Positions 41,796-51,037 of a stretch of 64,000 bases of DNA are shown here, piece after piece. Positions within the stretch are counted from its first letter, which is position 1, and each line of letters opens with the position of its first letter. This DNA comes from Spirochaetales bacterium (lineage in GTDB: Bacteria; Spirochaetota; Spirochaetia; CADAEX01), in contig JACKPD010000013.1 of assembly GCA_024233785.1 (NCBI GenBank), forward strand, positions 665-64,664. Reading direction: 5' to 3'. Below the pieces are notes generated by a model. That model worked only from the letters and a program-made list of their open reading frames with translations, was not told the DNA's origin and made no database searches. A program made the translations under genes and the position numbers.

Positions 41796-43025
41796 TTGAA
41801 GACAATAGACACTGCCTTTGAAGGTAATGCCATGCCAGTATTCAAAGAAGTCAAGTTGAAGGAGATTGTTACTGATAATTGTCTCGGGGGCAATTATCAG
41901 TGCGTTGAGTATGTTACACCACTTCCTGTAATAAAAATGGGCAACCTGGGTAGAGGAACAATAACTCTTGAAAAAATGGAGTATGTATCAGACGGAAAGA
42001 TCCTTTCTAATAGAGATGTACTCAAAAAAAAGGACATCCTCTTAAACACAAGAAATACACTCGATTTGGTCGGGAAAGTAGCTATGTGGCGAGGAGAACT
42101 CGAATATTCAGTGTTCAATTCAAACATAATGCGCATTACGTTCAGCACAAATGTTTTGAATGAATATATGAATTACTATTTCAATTCATATAGTGCATTG
42201 AAACAACTTAGATCGAGGGCGACAGGTACAACAAGCGTTGCTGCAATATATTGGAGGGATTGCCAAAATATAAGAATACCGCTCCCCTCACTGTCAGAGC
42301 AAAAAGCCATTGTCGCTCTTTTGTCTACTTGGGATATCGTCATAGAGAAAACCGAACGACTGGTTCAGACGAAGGAGCGGCAAAAGTTAGGTGAGCTTCA
42401 CTCTCGAATAAGCAGGAAAAAAGCTAACTCGACAATTGGCACTTTCGCCAAGCCTGTAGTTAGAAAGGTAGATAAACCAGAGGAATCCTACATTGCTTTA
42501 GGCATTAGAAGCCATTTCAAGGGAACATTCAAGAGACTCGTTGAAGATCCAAAAACCGTAAATATGGATTCGCTATTCAGGGTTAAAGAAAACGACTTGA
42601 TCGTTAATATAACCTTTGCATGGGAAGGTGCCATTGCGCTTGTGAAGAAAGAAGATGAGGAATGCTATGTCTCTCATCGTTTTCCGACATATGAAATAAA
42701 GAGGTCTAAGGCAGAGCCTTGTTTCATTAGGCAACTGATCATGTCGAGTCGGATGAAATACGACCTTTCAAATATTTCTCCCGGTGGTGCCGGACGCAAC
42801 AGAGTTCTTAACAAGAAAGATTTCTTGAAGATGCCAATATGGCTCCCAGATCTTGAGACCCAGAAAAATATCGGAGAATACCTTGGGGCAATTGATAATG
42901 AAATCGACCTTCTTAAACAGCTTGCAGAAAAATACAAAACCCAGAAACACGGCTTGATGCAGAAAATGCTTACCGGCGAATGGCGGATAAAACCGGAAAT
43001 CGTTAACCAATACATGGAGGCGTAA
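41790..43025 (+). CDS. hsdS: Type I R-M specificity subunit, full length (two TRDs)
   Basis: Two TRDs, each followed by the conserved motif LPSLSEQKAIVALL... / LPDLETQKNIGEYL.... Start set at ATG 41790 (ATGA coupling) rather than the track start 41769, which lies inside the hsdM-tail relic. Confidence 0.9.
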   Translation: MSLKTIDTAFEGNAMPVFKEVKLKEIVTDNCLGGNYQCVEYVTPLPVIKMGNLGRGTITLEKMEYVSDGKILSNRDVLKKKDILLNTRNTLDLVGKVAMWRGELEYSVFNSNIMRITFSTNVLNEYMNYYFNSYSALKQLRSRATGTTSVAAIYWRDCQNIRIPLPSLSEQKAIVALLSTWDIVIEKTERLVQTKERQKLGELHSRISRKKANSTIGTFAKPVVRKVDKPEESYIALGIRSHFKGTFKRLVEDPKTVNMDSLFRVKENDLIVNITFAWEGAIALVKKEDEECYVSHRFPTYEIKRSKAEPCFIRQLIMSSRMKYDLSNISPGGAGRNRVLNKKDFLKMPIWLPDLETQKNIGEYLGAIDNEIDLLKQLAEKYKTQKHGLMQKMLTGEWRIKPEIVNQYMEA

Positions 43026-43027
43026 TT

Positions 43028-43261
43028 ATGGCTAAAGGAAAAAATCAACACGTTGTAAAACATCCCGATGGATGGGCGGTAAAGGGCGAAGGTAACAGCA
43101 AAGCGACCAAAGTTACCCGCACACAGACGCAGGCCATTGAAAAGGCGGAGAACATCGCCAGAAACCAGAAGGCGGACACGAAAATTCATGGTGTGGATGG
43201 AAAGATCCGGGCAGGCAACAGCTACGGAAACGACCCGTGCCCACCTAAGGATAATAAGTAA
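43028..43261 (+). CDS. DUF2188-family small protein
   Basis: 77 aa. HVVKHPDGWAVKGEGNSKATKVTRTQTQAIEKAENIARNQKADTKIHGVDGKIR matches my memory of DUF2188. It starts 2 nt after the hsdS stop. Confidence 0.7.
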   Translation: MAKGKNQHVVKHPDGWAVKGEGNSKATKVTRTQTQAIEKAENIARNQKADTKIHGVDGKIRAGNSYGNDPCPPKDNK

Positions 43262-43268
43262 GGAGAAA

Positions 43269-44255
43269 ATGCCAATGAGTATGCGAAGCAGACGAATTGG
43301 TTCAATAAAAAACGAACTACTTAAAAAGTCTCGGGAAGCAGCTCTTGCGGCTGTCCAGATATTCAATAACCCAAATATCAGCTTTAAATCGGAATCCTAT
43401 GTAGTTCTGATGATTATTGCCTGGACTTACTTATTGCATGCTTACTACCGTAGTAAGAAAATCGAATACAGATACTTCGAAAAACTGGGTCAACGACGGA
43501 AGTTCGATACCACTAAAAATGGTGCATATAAGTACTGGGAACTCGAACGAAGTTTAAATGATTCAAAATCGCCTATCGACAAAGATACATCAAACAATCT
43601 GCGGTTTCTGATTGGTTTGCGCCATGAAATCGAACACCAGATGACCAGCAGGATCGATGATATTCTGAGCGCCCGCTTTCAAGCTTGTTGCCTAAACTAT
43701 AACGAATACATAAAGAAACTTTTCGGTGAAGATCTTGGAATTGAAAAGCACCTCTCTTTCAGCCTGCAATTTTCAACAATCTCAACAGAACAAAAAGAAT
43801 TGCTGGAGGATCATCCTGAGTTGCCTGCTAATATTCAGGGCTACATTCAAAGTTTTGATGCTAAATTATCTGATGAAGAATTCTCCAATCCTCATTATGC
43901 CTATCGAATACTCTTTATTCCAAAGACGGCCAATCGTATAGGCCAAGCAGACCGTGTGATCGAATTTGTGAAGAGTGATTCTCCTTTAGCTGAAGTTGTA
44001 AATAAAGAATATGCGGTAATCAAAGAGACCGAGAAAAGGAAGTTTCGGCCAAAACAGGTTGTGGATTTAATGAAGAAGGAGGGTTATCCCGGTTTTTCAA
44101 TCCACTACCATACACAGCTTTGGAAATCTTTGGATGCAAAGAAAACTGATAAAGGTTACGGTACGGTTGTAGCTGGAAAGGATTGGCTCTGGTATGAGTG
44201 TTGGATTGATGCGGTACGTGAGTATTGTCTTAAAAACAAGGAGCAATACTCATGA
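43269..44255 (+). CDS. DUF3644-like protein with R-x4-H (HEPN-like) motif
   Basis: 328 aa from ATG 43269, preceded by AAGGAG. N-terminal KKSREAALAAVQIFNNPNISFKSESYVVLMIIAWTYLLHAY is DUF3644-like as I recall it. RHEIEH is at codons 118-123 (43620-43637). The longer track ORF (43137) overlaps DUF2188 and is rejected. Confidence 0.7.
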   Translation: MPMSMRSRRIGSIKNELLKKSREAALAAVQIFNNPNISFKSESYVVLMIIAWTYLLHAYYRSKKIEYRYFEKLGQRRKFDTTKNGAYKYWELERSLNDSKSPIDKDTSNNLRFLIGLRHEIEHQMTSRIDDILSARFQACCLNYNEYIKKLFGEDLGIEKHLSFSLQFSTISTEQKELLEDHPELPANIQGYIQSFDAKLSDEEFSNPHYAYRILFIPKTANRIGQADRVIEFVKSDSPLAEVVNKEYAVIKETEKRKFRPKQVVDLMKKEGYPGFSIHYHTQLWKSLDAKKTDKGYGTVVAGKDWLWYECWIDAVREYCLKNKEQYS

Positions 44256-45586
44256 CCTCCGAATCCCAAAACATCGAGTGGAAACAATCCTGGCATGATG
44301 ACTACCTGAAATGGATCTGCGGGTTTGCCAATTCGCAGGGCGGACGAATTTTTATAGGTAAGGATAATGCTGGCAACGTCACCGGAGTGAAGAATGCCAG
44401 GAAGCTGCTGCAAGATTTACCGAACAAGATTCGCGACCAGTTGGGGTTGATGCCGCATATCAATCTGCAGATAGAAAACGGCAAAGCCTATCTGGAAATT
44501 ATTGTGGAGCCGTCGACGGTGCCGATTTCATTGCGTGGTTCCTATTACTGGCGGTCAGGTTCGGTAAAGCAGGAACTGAAAGGGCATGCTCTGACAGAAT
44601 TCCTTCTCAACAAGATGGGCAGGACCTGGGATAGGGTGATTGAGGAGAAAGCGACGCTGGATGACATCGACGATGCGACCATTGAACTATTTAAAAAAGA
44701 AGCGGTTACAGCCGGACGTCTGCCGGATATTTCAGGACTTTCTTCAGAAGAATTATTGAGAAAGTTGCACCTGCTTACTGAGAAAGGTCTGACCAATGCG
44801 GCAATCGTTCTTTTTGGTAAAGATCCAGGAGAATTTTATCCCAACCTGTTTGTGAAAATTGGCCGGTTTGGACTCAATATGGTGGATATGCGCTTTCAGG
44901 AGGTATGCGAGGGCAATGTATTTCAGCTCCTTCGTGGTGTGATGGAGCAGCTGGAAAAGAAATTCCTTATCAAACCAGTACGATTTGAAGGTTTTCGTCG
45001 AATTGAAGAACTGGAATATCCGGTTCCGGCATTGCGTGAAATGCTGCTCAATGCGCTGGTGCACCGCAACTACATGGGCAGCATGACTCAACTCCGGGTC
45101 ATGGATGATCGGCTTTCGTTGTGGAATGCCGGCACCCTGCCGCTCGAATTAACTGTTGAAAAACTATTTCAGACGCATAAGTCAATCCCCCGTAACCCGC
45201 TCATAGCAGAGGTTTGCTATCGGGTCGGCTATATTGATTCCTGGGGACGGGGAATTGAAAAAATCACCGATGCATGCAGGCATGCAGGACTGCCTGAACC
45301 TGTAATTGAAGAAAATTCAGGAGGTGTGGCGGTTGAGCTTCTGAAAAATGAGGTGAAAACGCCGGTCGAAACGCGGGTGAAAACGCCGGTCGAAACACGG
45401 GTGAAAACGCCAGAGGCCATTCTTCAGGTATTAAAAAATGATGCTTCGTTAACACTGGCAGAGGTAGGTTATCATATTGGAAAATCAGTCAGTGCGGTAG
45501 AACGTGCCGCCAAAAAATTGAGAGATCAGGGAAGATTGAAATATGTTGGCCCTCAAAAAGGCGGTCACTGGGAGGTGCGGGAATAA
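44252..45586 (+). CDS. AlbA_2 (Schlafen-like) + HATPase_c_4 + C-terminal wHTH protein (often mis-annotated as RecG-like)
   Basis: N-terminal ESQNIEWKQSWHDDYLKWICGFANSQGGRIFIGKDNAGNVTGV is the AlbA_2/divergent AAA_4 pattern. Central LREMLLNALVHRNY is HATPase_c_4-like. The C-terminal LTLAEVGYHIGKSVSAVERAAKKLRDQGRL is a wHTH. ATGA overlap with the upstream gene. Confidence 0.8.
   Translation: MTSESQNIEWKQSWHDDYLKWICGFANSQGGRIFIGKDNAGNVTGVKNARKLLQDLPNKIRDQLGLMPHINLQIENGKAYLEIIVEPSTVPISLRGSYYWRSGSVKQELKGHALTEFLLNKMGRTWDRVIEEKATLDDIDDATIELFKKEAVTAGRLPDISGLSSEELLRKLHLLTEKGLTNAAIVLFGKDPGEFYPNLFVKIGRFGLNMVDMRFQEVCEGNVFQLLRGVMEQLEKKFLIKPVRFEGFRRIEELEYPVPALREMLLNALVHRNYMGSMTQLRVMDDRLSLWNAGTLPLELTVEKLFQTHKSIPRNPLIAEVCYRVGYIDSWGRGIEKITDACRHAGLPEPVIEENSGGVAVELLKNEVKTPVETRVKTPVETRVKTPEAILQVLKNDASLTLAEVGYHIGKSVSAVERAAKKLRDQGRLKYVGPQKGGHWEVRE
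45353..45411 (+). repeat. In-frame 24-bp tandem repeat (about 2.5 copies) inside the AlbA_2 gene
   Basis: gtgaaaacgccggtcgaaacgcgg / gtgaaaacgccggtcgaaacacgg / gtgaaaacgcc, encoding VKTPVETR VKTPVETR VKTP. Confidence 0.95.
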
Positions 45587-45588
45587 TT

Positions 45589-48500
45589 ATGTATGATTTT
45601 GCAACTAACGAAAAACTGACAAGCCAGATACCGGCCCTGCAATTACTGATTACGATGGGCTATGAATACATCTCTCCGGAAGAAGCACTTGCAGAGCGTC
45701 AGGGGCGCTGTTCCAATGTCCTGCTGGAAAATATTCTGCGGACTCAGCTTAAAGAAATAAACAGCATTCGCTACAAAGGAAGTGAGTATCTCTTCAGCGA
45801 GGAGAATATTCAGTCGGCAATCCAGAAGCTGAAAAACATCAAATACGATGGACTGCTTAAGACCAACGAAGCCATTTACGATCTGATCACACTTGGGACG
45901 GCCATGGAGCAGACCATTGAAGGTGACTCGAAAAGCTTCAATATGAACTATGTCGACTGGAAGAATCCCGGCCGCAATAGATTTCATGTAACAGTAGAAT
46001 ACAGTGTTGAGAGGGCACGGAGTACAGAAACAGTCCGTCCTGACATTGTCCTGTTTGTCAATGGTATTCCATTTTGTGTGATGGAATGTAAAGCGCCGCA
46101 GATAGAGGTTGAACAGGCTGTTTCGCAATCGATCAGAAACCAGAGTGATGACTATATTCCCAAATTGTTCATTTATAGTCAAATGGTTTTGGCTTTGAAT
46201 AAAAACAGCGCCATATATGCTACAACCGGAACATCTGCAAAATTCTGGAGTGTTTGGAAAGAGCCTCTGATGGATAACGGGCAGCGTGAGTTTGAAAAAC
46301 TTGCAGCCGTGGTTAACAAACCGCTTGATGAGGCTGAAATTGCCTGTATTTCAAAAACACTTAATGTTAAACCTGAAATCTTTGGCTACAGCAGACTTGT
46401 AACCGCGCAGGACAAGGCTCTGTTCTGTCTCTGCCGCCCCGAAAGGCTTCTGGAGTTGGCATGGAAATTTACTGTATTTGATGGGGGTGTGAAAAAGATT
46501 GCCCGATATCAGCAGTATTTCGTCATCAAGTCCACACTGAAAAGGGTAAAACATTTTGACGTAACAGGTTCACGTAAAGGGGGCGTGATCTGGCATACTC
46601 AAGGTTCGGGGAAGTCCCTGACCATGGTGATGCTGGCCAGAAACCTGGCTTTGGATACTGAAATCCTGAATCCGCGAATCGTTCTTGTAACAGACCGTGA
46701 TGATCTGGATAAACAGTTGGGGAACACTTTTACCGCTTGCGGTCTTGAGGCGAATCGGGCAACATCGGGGAGAAACCTGCTGGAGCTGGTCGCTGAGAAG
46801 AAATCAGGTATTATCACAACCCTCATTCATAAGTTTGACAAGATGTATGCGATTGAGAAATATCGGGATGAGTCGCCAGATATCTTTATTTTAGTTGATG
46901 AGAGTCACCGGACCCAATTTGGTTCTTTTTCTGCAAGGATGAGACAGGTGTTTCCACATGCCTGTTATTTGGGATTTACCGGTACTCCCCTTTTGAAGAA
47001 GGAAAAGAATAACTTCGCCAAATTTGGTGAATTGGTTGAACCTCATTATTCCATTACTCAGGCTGTTGAAGACGGAGCTGTTGTGCCGCTCTTGTATGAG
47101 GGCAGGCATGTAGAGATGACTCAAAACAAAGAAGCTGTTGATCTATGGTTTGAACGGCATACGCAAGGGTTGAGCAGGGAACAGCAGGCGGACCTGAAAC
47201 GGAAATACGCACGGGCTGAAATGCTAAACAAGGCAGAACAGGTTATATACATGAGAGCCTTTGATATAAGTGAGCATTTCCAGTCCAACTGGCAGGGAAC
47301 AGGCTTCAAGGCCCAACTGGTGGCTCCGAATAAAGCTTCTGCCATTAAATATAACGCGTTCCTGAATGAAATTGGTAAGGTAAGTTCCGATGTTGTTATT
47401 TCACCTCCGGATGTACGTGAAGGTTATGAAGAAACCGATGATGAGCCAACCGATGAGGTTGTGAAATTCTGGCAAAAGATGATGAAGCGCTATGGAAGTG
47501 AAGAGGAATACACAAAGCAGCTGATCAATCAATTTAAACATGGGAATACACCGGATATCCTCATTGTCGTCAGTAAATTGTTGACAGGTTTCGATGCACC
47601 CCGAAATGCGGTTCTTTACTTATGCAGATTGCTTAAAGAGCATACACTGCTCCAGGCAATTGCGCGGGTCAATCGCATTTATGAAAACAAGGAGTTCGGT
47701 TTTATTGTCGATTATTCAAATGTTCTTGGTGAACTTGACAGGGCGCTCACCATGTACAGTGCGTTTGAAGGATTTGATGAATCCGACCTTGTCGGAACCC
47801 TTGCGTCCATTGACAGTGAAATTGAAAAGCTGCCCATCCGGTATTCCAGTCTTTGGGATTTATTTAAAACAGTTAAGTATTTATACGACGAAGAAGCCTA
47901 TGAACTATTTCTTGCCGATGATGAAATCAGGGAGGAATTCTATTACCGTCTTTCAGAGTTTGGGAAAAATCTCGCTATTGCTCTATCTTCTGAAAAATTC
48001 CTGAACCAAACCGATGTGAAAACGTTGTCCGGATACAAGGCAGACCTTCTGAAGTTTCAATCACTTAAAGCATCTGTCAAGTTAAGATATGCAGAAGCAA
48101 TTGATTACCGGGATTACGAGCCAAAGATTAAAAAGCTGCTGGATACCCACATACAAGCCAGTGAAGTTATTCAATTGAATGAACCGGTCAATATCTTTGA
48201 TGATAAATCGTTTATGTTAATCAAAGAAGAACGTGGAGTTTACGGAACCGGTAAAACTACCGGATCGAAAGCTGATACGATAGCTCATGCTACAAAGAAA
48301 GTTATCACCGAAAGGATAGATGAAGACCCTGCGTTCTACGAGAAGTTTTCCAAACTGATTCAGCAGGCGATCGAAGATTTCAGGGCAAAAAGGATATCCG
48401 ATCTGGATTATCTGAACAAGGTTGTGGACATTCGCAATAGGGTTGTTGGCAAGGTCCATGATGATATACCGGATAAACTTTCCGGTAATGAAGATGCGAT

Positions 48501-48789
48501 GGCCTATTTTGGAGTACTTAAACCTTTCCTGGAAGAACATGAACTTGGTGAAAACGATCTTTTATCCGCCTCGGCAGATACCGCAATAGCTATTCATGGT
48601 ATCCTGAAAAAATACAGGAAAGTTCATTTCTGGGATGATTATGACGCTCAAAAGCAAGCGGTTAACGAGATTGATGATTATTTTTATGATGAACTCAAGA
48701 CAGTAAGAGGCATTGAATTATCACTTGATCAGATGGATAAAATCATCGAAAAGGTACTGCAGGTTGCAAAACACAGGAGTTATAATTGA
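45589..48789 (+). CDS. hsdR: Type I restriction enzyme R subunit
   Basis: 1066 aa. PD-(D/E)xK nuclease (RPDIVLFVNG...MECK), SF2 helicase motifs (TQGSGKS, VDESHRTQ, GFTGTP, QAIARVNR) and a C-terminal helical domain. Confidence 0.95.
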   Translation: MYDFATNEKLTSQIPALQLLITMGYEYISPEEALAERQGRCSNVLLENILRTQLKEINSIRYKGSEYLFSEENIQSAIQKLKNIKYDGLLKTNEAIYDLITLGTAMEQTIEGDSKSFNMNYVDWKNPGRNRFHVTVEYSVERARSTETVRPDIVLFVNGIPFCVMECKAPQIEVEQAVSQSIRNQSDDYIPKLFIYSQMVLALNKNSAIYATTGTSAKFWSVWKEPLMDNGQREFEKLAAVVNKPLDEAEIACISKTLNVKPEIFGYSRLVTAQDKALFCLCRPERLLELAWKFTVFDGGVKKIARYQQYFVIKSTLKRVKHFDVTGSRKGGVIWHTQGSGKSLTMVMLARNLALDTEILNPRIVLVTDRDDLDKQLGNTFTACGLEANRATSGRNLLELVAEKKSGIITTLIHKFDKMYAIEKYRDESPDIFILVDESHRTQFGSFSARMRQVFPHACYLGFTGTPLLKKEKNNFAKFGELVEPHYSITQAVEDGAVVPLLYEGRHVEMTQNKEAVDLWFERHTQGLSREQQADLKRKYARAEMLNKAEQVIYMRAFDISEHFQSNWQGTGFKAQLVAPNKASAIKYNAFLNEIGKVSSDVVISPPDVREGYEETDDEPTDEVVKFWQKMMKRYGSEEEYTKQLINQFKHGNTPDILIVVSKLLTGFDAPRNAVLYLCRLLKEHTLLQAIARVNRIYENKEFGFIVDYSNVLGELDRALTMYSAFEGFDESDLVGTLASIDSEIEKLPIRYSSLWDLFKTVKYLYDEEAYELFLADDEIREEFYYRLSEFGKNLAIALSSEKFLNQTDVKTLSGYKADLLKFQSLKASVKLRYAEAIDYRDYEPKIKKLLDTHIQASEVIQLNEPVNIFDDKSFMLIKEERGVYGTGKTTGSKADTIAHATKKVITERIDEDPAFYEKFSKLIQQAIEDFRAKRISDLDYLNKVVDIRNRVVGKVHDDIPDKLSGNEDAMAYFGVLKPFLEEHELGENDLLSASADTAIAIHGILKKYRKVHFWDDYDAQKQAVNEIDDYFYDELKTVRGIELSLDQMDKIIEKVLQVAKHRSYN

Positions 48790-49514
48790 TGGCGGGATTA
48801 ATCCATATCATTAAACACTCTGTTATTTATGGGCAAAAAAGGATTGAATTCAGTTTGCTGTATTGTGATAGAAAAATGATCGAAATTGCAGTTCATCCTG
48901 ATAGTGCTGTTATTGTCAAAGTTCCTTTGCAAACAGATATCCTGCTAATAGAGAAAAAGATTATTAAAAAAGCCCGGTGGATTCTCAGTCAATTGAATTA
49001 TTTCAGGCAGTTTAATCCAAAGACACCTGATCGTTGTTATGTGAATGGTGAGACACATTTATATCTTGGGAAACAATACCGCTTAAAGTTAATCAAGGGA
49101 TCAGAAAATTCCGTCAAATTATCCCGCGGCTTTTTCCATATCACCAGCCAAAGCGAGCCGACTCCCGATACAGCCAAAAATCTTTTAAATCAATGGTACC
49201 TGGAAAAGGCACAGCTGCAATTTTCAGAAAGTATTGATCGCTGCTGGAAGGATTTCAATGATTTCGGAATTTGTAAGCCAAAATTATTGATTATGCGTAT
49301 GCAAAAAAGATGGGGAAGCCTTTCGGATAAAGGAACTGTCACCCTCAATACAGACCTTGTCAGGGCACCTAAAGCATGTATTGACTATGTTGTTACGCAT
49401 GAGCTGTGTCACCTGAAATATCATAATCATGGCACTGAATTTTATAAACTCCTCGAATCTGTCCTCCCGGGATGGGAAAAGGTAAAACACAAACTTGAGC
49501 TTAGTATGGCGTGA
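48789..49514 (+). CDS. DUF45/YgjP-like M48-type zinc metallopeptidase
   Basis: HELCHLKYHNH (HExxH) near the C-terminus. RWGS...G.V.LN..L motif. The start overlaps the hsdR stop (TGATG). Confidence 0.85.
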   Translation: MAGLIHIIKHSVIYGQKRIEFSLLYCDRKMIEIAVHPDSAVIVKVPLQTDILLIEKKIIKKARWILSQLNYFRQFNPKTPDRCYVNGETHLYLGKQYRLKLIKGSENSVKLSRGFFHITSQSEPTPDTAKNLLNQWYLEKAQLQFSESIDRCWKDFNDFGICKPKLLIMRMQKRWGSLSDKGTVTLNTDLVRAPKACIDYVVTHELCHLKYHNHGTEFYKLLESVLPGWEKVKHKLELSMA

Positions 49515-49678
49515 TCTTGATTAAATCCTGGGAGGAGTTCAGTATTTAGTATATTAGCTCTTAAAAACCCTATATATTTTTCTAAGAAAAAAGTCCCGAA
49601 AATAAAGCACAAATAAAGAGAAAGAAATATTTGGTTTTTATCCTTTAAATATATATTTTTATATAGAAGGAGTTTGAC

Positions 49679-50410
49679 ATGAAAGTTTTAATTCTGGGCG
49701 CAAGCGGCGCGACCGGCAAACAGGTTGTCATGCAGATGATAAAAAGAGGAATCAGTACACGGATAGTTGTCAGGGAAAGCGCGTATCTTCCGCGGGAAAT
49801 AATTGATGCTTCAAATGTTGAAATCATCAAAGGCAGTATTACGGAATTCAGCAGTGAAAAACTTAAGGAGCTTGTGAAAGACTGCACGGCTGTGGTATCC
49901 TGCCTCGGGCACAATATTACATTTAATGGAATGTTCGGAAAACCCCGTTTGCTTGTCTATTCAACCGTAAAAAGAATATGCGAAGCAATAGAAGAAAAAG
50001 GCGGGGGAAAAGTAAAGCTGGTCCTGATGAGCACTACAGCTTTTACCAACACTCATATCGGTGAAAAAAACACAACAGGGGAAAAAATAATTTTTTCACT
50101 GCTTAAGGTGCTGCTGCCTCCGCATCTTGACAACATGAGGGTCGCAAGTTTTCTTATAGAAAAAATCGGGAAGGACAATCCTGAAATCGAATGGGCAGCG
50201 GTACGCCCTGACGGGCTGATAAACGAGGATGAGGTAAGCAGATACAATGTTTCTGAATTCATCCTGAGAAGCCCGATTTCAAACCCTGGGCAGACAAGCA
50301 GAATTAATGTGGGGCATTTCATGGCTGAGCTTTTGACTGATAACAAGCTGTGGGATAAATGGAAGTATAAAACTCCGGTTATTTATAACGAAAAGCAGAA
50401 AGAAAAATAA
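49679..50410 (+). CDS. NAD(P)-binding Rossmann-fold protein (atypical SDR / NmrA-like)
   Basis: MKVLILGASGATGKQVV dinucleotide-binding motif; 243 aa. Confidence 0.8.
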   Translation: MKVLILGASGATGKQVVMQMIKRGISTRIVVRESAYLPREIIDASNVEIIKGSITEFSSEKLKELVKDCTAVVSCLGHNITFNGMFGKPRLLVYSTVKRICEAIEEKGGGKVKLVLMSTTAFTNTHIGEKNTTGEKIIFSLLKVLLPPHLDNMRVASFLIEKIGKDNPEIEWAAVRPDGLINEDEVSRYNVSEFILRSPISNPGQTSRINVGHFMAELLTDNKLWDKWKYKTPVIYNEKQKEK

Positions 50411-50448
50411 TAAACCCTGGGAACCCGGAGTCATAAGAAGGAGGTAAA

Positions 50449-50874
50449 ATGATTTTCGCCAATTTTCTTGTGGTATTGTTCATCCTTTTGATATCAGCGC
50501 ACTTTTGCGGGGATGTTGGTTCATTCATAAATATTGACAGTGCAGTTATCGTGGCGGCAGGTTTTATATTTTCATCAATTGCGCTTTCAGCAGGAAGGTT
50601 TAAGCTGTTTTTAAGGGGACTGGGTGAGGTATTCAGCTTCTCATCAAACAGGGATCCAAGCAGGGAGATAAAAAACCTGTTTTTCGGTATATCGGTCATG
50701 ACAATGGGTGTCGGCCTGTGTTCAACCGCGCAGGGCTTTTTTTCCGGAACTTTGATAAAATCAGCGTATTCAATTTCAGAAATAATTGTATTTTCCTCTT
50801 TCACTACAATCTATAGTTTTATCCTTGTTGTTTTTTTATTGCTGCCTGTTTCATTCAGGAATATGATAAAGTGA
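50449..50874 (+). CDS. Small membrane protein resembling the N-terminal part of MotA/PomA-type stator proteins
   Basis: Strong RBS (AAGGAGG). CGDVGSFINIDSAVIVAAGF resembles the GGDLGSFIDxPSxLIVxGGT segment of MotA. At 141 aa it lacks the C-terminal channel domain. Preferred over the antisense ORF 50379-50804. Confidence 0.5.
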   Translation: MIFANFLVVLFILLISAHFCGDVGSFINIDSAVIVAAGFIFSSIALSAGRFKLFLRGLGEVFSFSSNRDPSREIKNLFFGISVMTMGVGLCSTAQGFFSGTLIKSAYSISEIIVFSSFTTIYSFILVVFLLLPVSFRNMIK

Positions 50875-51037
50875 AATATATTGTGGAAACTTATATTTCC
50901 GCTCTTCCCTGCTTGTTTTTAATTGACTGATGCAATATCACTTATATGTTGTTTTCATCCCCTTTTCCCGCTTTAAATGATTTCCGGGGATTTAAACAAT
51001 AATCTGCAGGCGGACAATAATTAAGGAGCTTCATCCC

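Noticed and set aside
43137-43268. An upstream extension of the DUF3644 ORF (track start 43137) would overlap the DUF2188 gene in another frame.
   Set aside because: The extension is Arg/Thr-rich and overlaps a plausible gene. An ATG with AAGGAG lies at 43269, just after the DUF2188 stop.
50379-50804. A 141-aa ORF on the minus strand mirrors the plus-strand ORF 50449-50874.
   Set aside because: The plus-strand ORF has a strong AAGGAGG RBS, clear TM helices and a MotA-N-terminal-like motif. The minus-strand ORF has no RBS and overlaps the end of the SDR gene.
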